Assembly: GCA_030141605.1 (NCBI GenBank)
Contig: JAQGDQ010000466.1
Location: 1 to 64,000 of the forward strand
Source of the DNA: Tubiluchus corallicola
Lineage: Eukaryota > Animalia > Priapulida
Direction: 5' to 3'
Length of the DNA: 64,000 nucleotides
How positions within the stretch are numbered: the first letter of the stretch is position 1; every line of letters begins with the position of its first letter. Made by a program: the position numbers and the translations under genes. Of this stretch, positions 62,403-64,000 are shown piece after piece. A model generated the notes under the pieces. It saw only the letters and a list, made by a program, of their open reading frames with translations. It did no database searches and was not told where the DNA came from.

Positions 62403-63529
62403 CTAGTTTGTCCCTAAAACTATCTTAACATTTGGGTGCTGATTGTAGCCTGCAGTTCTTAAGTATTCATTACACTCTGTGTTGATAACATGTAAATCCG
62501 CTGCACTCAAATCTGACGACCAGCTCTCGGAGCGCAGTTTCATCTCAGAGTTAGCAACCTCATTTCTCTCTCTCATTTCATAATCTAACCAAACTTTCAG
62601 CTGATCTGTTTCTTGGAGACCTGTAAATAGTAGCAGCTTTTTTCCCATGCCAACAGGATCCCTGTCTAGTTCCTCATAGCGTAGCAGCATGTACTGTTTG
62701 GGATATTTCCTAGCAATTACTTTGGTTGTTTCCAACTCTTCTACCATATATCTGCACAAATCTGAAACGTCTGAAATAAGTTTTGTATTGCCTTCTTTTG
62801 CATGACGAAGCCATCCCCGAGGGTCACGGATGAGGTGTATGACTCTGACATCTATCAGTGGGTCATTAAATAAAGGAACCACGTCTATTAGTCTGGCACG
62901 TATGGTTTTAATCGCCACGTGTTTGTACATCTTGCACAATTCTTTATATTTTGTGTGATTTGTCACCAAGCCTTTTGCAACCGGTCTCAAACAGACGTTC
63001 AAACGTCCGAGTTTTTTCTTCCCTTTCGTTCCACGAGGAGACAATGGGCCTGTCAGGTGACAGTATCTCTCTGCATGATTAACATTGATAAGAGAAAGTT
63101 GCATTAGAGCCAGCGCCTGTTTGTAATGCAGTGGCAGTGGCCAGAAACCATTAGGTTTACACTGTACAGCATCAGCGAATATCATAGACTTCACTTTACT
63201 CAAAACTGATGCATTAGTTTTTGCTTGATCTATCAGGTCTTTCATGTCTCCACCTGTTTTTCTTGCCATTTTGTCTAACCAGTTAAAATCTGGTGCTAAT
63301 GTCCTCACATTGAACCCTGCGTGTAGAGGCTCGTATATGTAAGACACGTCGCCATGGTTATTAAAGAAGCTGCCGGTAAATGTTGATCCGGAGTGAAATC
63401 GACTTAGCACAATTATTCCCTTCTTTCTAGATGTCAGGTGATCTGAGAGACTCAACTGACCTAGTTCCAAGTGGTCTTTTTTATGATTGTTCTCTTCTAA
63501 CAAAAGGCCTCCTGCTTTTCTAGCAATAT
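62403..63529 (-). CDS. Carbohydrate 6-O-sulfotransferase-like (CHST1-7 family), catalytic last exon; 5' exon probably beyond the window
   Basis: IIVLSRFHSGSTFTGSFFNNHGDVSYIYEPL, AIKTIR, VIHLIRDPRG and LRYEEL motifs; acceptor CTTTACTTTGCAG ending at 63530. Confidence 0.88.
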
Positions 63530-64000
63530 CTGCAAAGTAAAGTCCAGACAACTTTAAACAGGCTTGCCTGCTGCTTCATAGACCGTAATATTTTTGATGG
63601 GGAATGCTGTTAGAATAAATACTTGTTAAAAAAGTAAAACACCAAAATATTATGACGAATTATCATGTCTAGTTGACAATTTTAGGTTATATAAGGTGAA
63701 CTAAACTAAGAATGAAAAACAGCATAGCAGCTACACCACTAAAACATGTTTATTTATTAACTCGAAATTTCAATTATTTTATGCTCTTACTTTCATGCAT
63801 TTAAAATTTAGAATAAAACAAACAATTGCATTAGGCAGCAACACTAGAATACGTAAAATGATAACAATCAAAGTTAAATTATTTACGTAATGCAGAAATT
63901 ACAGTGGGTGTTTTATCAGGTAGCTCTACTATCCTTATTAAGAAAACAGCTGATAATAACTATTTTAGCAAATAAATATAAGCACGTAAATTTGTGCATT

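Overview
AT-rich animal (invertebrate-like) genomic DNA with GT-AG introns, many transposon relics and no prokaryotic features. Nearly all host genes encode Golgi-type glycan-modifying enzymes: a GT31 galactosyltransferase pseudogene, two FkbM/Star-like methyltransferases (one intact, one disrupted), a 3-exon B4GAT1-like (GT49) glucuronyltransferase and two carbohydrate sulfotransferases of different families. The main finding is a recently inserted, full-length BEL/Pao LTR retrotransposon (18954-27019; 394-bp LTRs with one mismatch seen; CCAAG target-site duplication). Its Gag has an N-terminal SAP domain and an in-frame, intronless glycogenin (GT8) catalytic domain. The gag-glycogenin-protease frame is open for 3.4 kb, while RT, RNase H and integrase carry seven frameshifts. 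The element is nested in a DNA-transposon relic, inside a hAT-type element (8-bp TSD), inside intron 2 of the GT49 gene. All family assignments come from motif recognition by eye; no database search was run.
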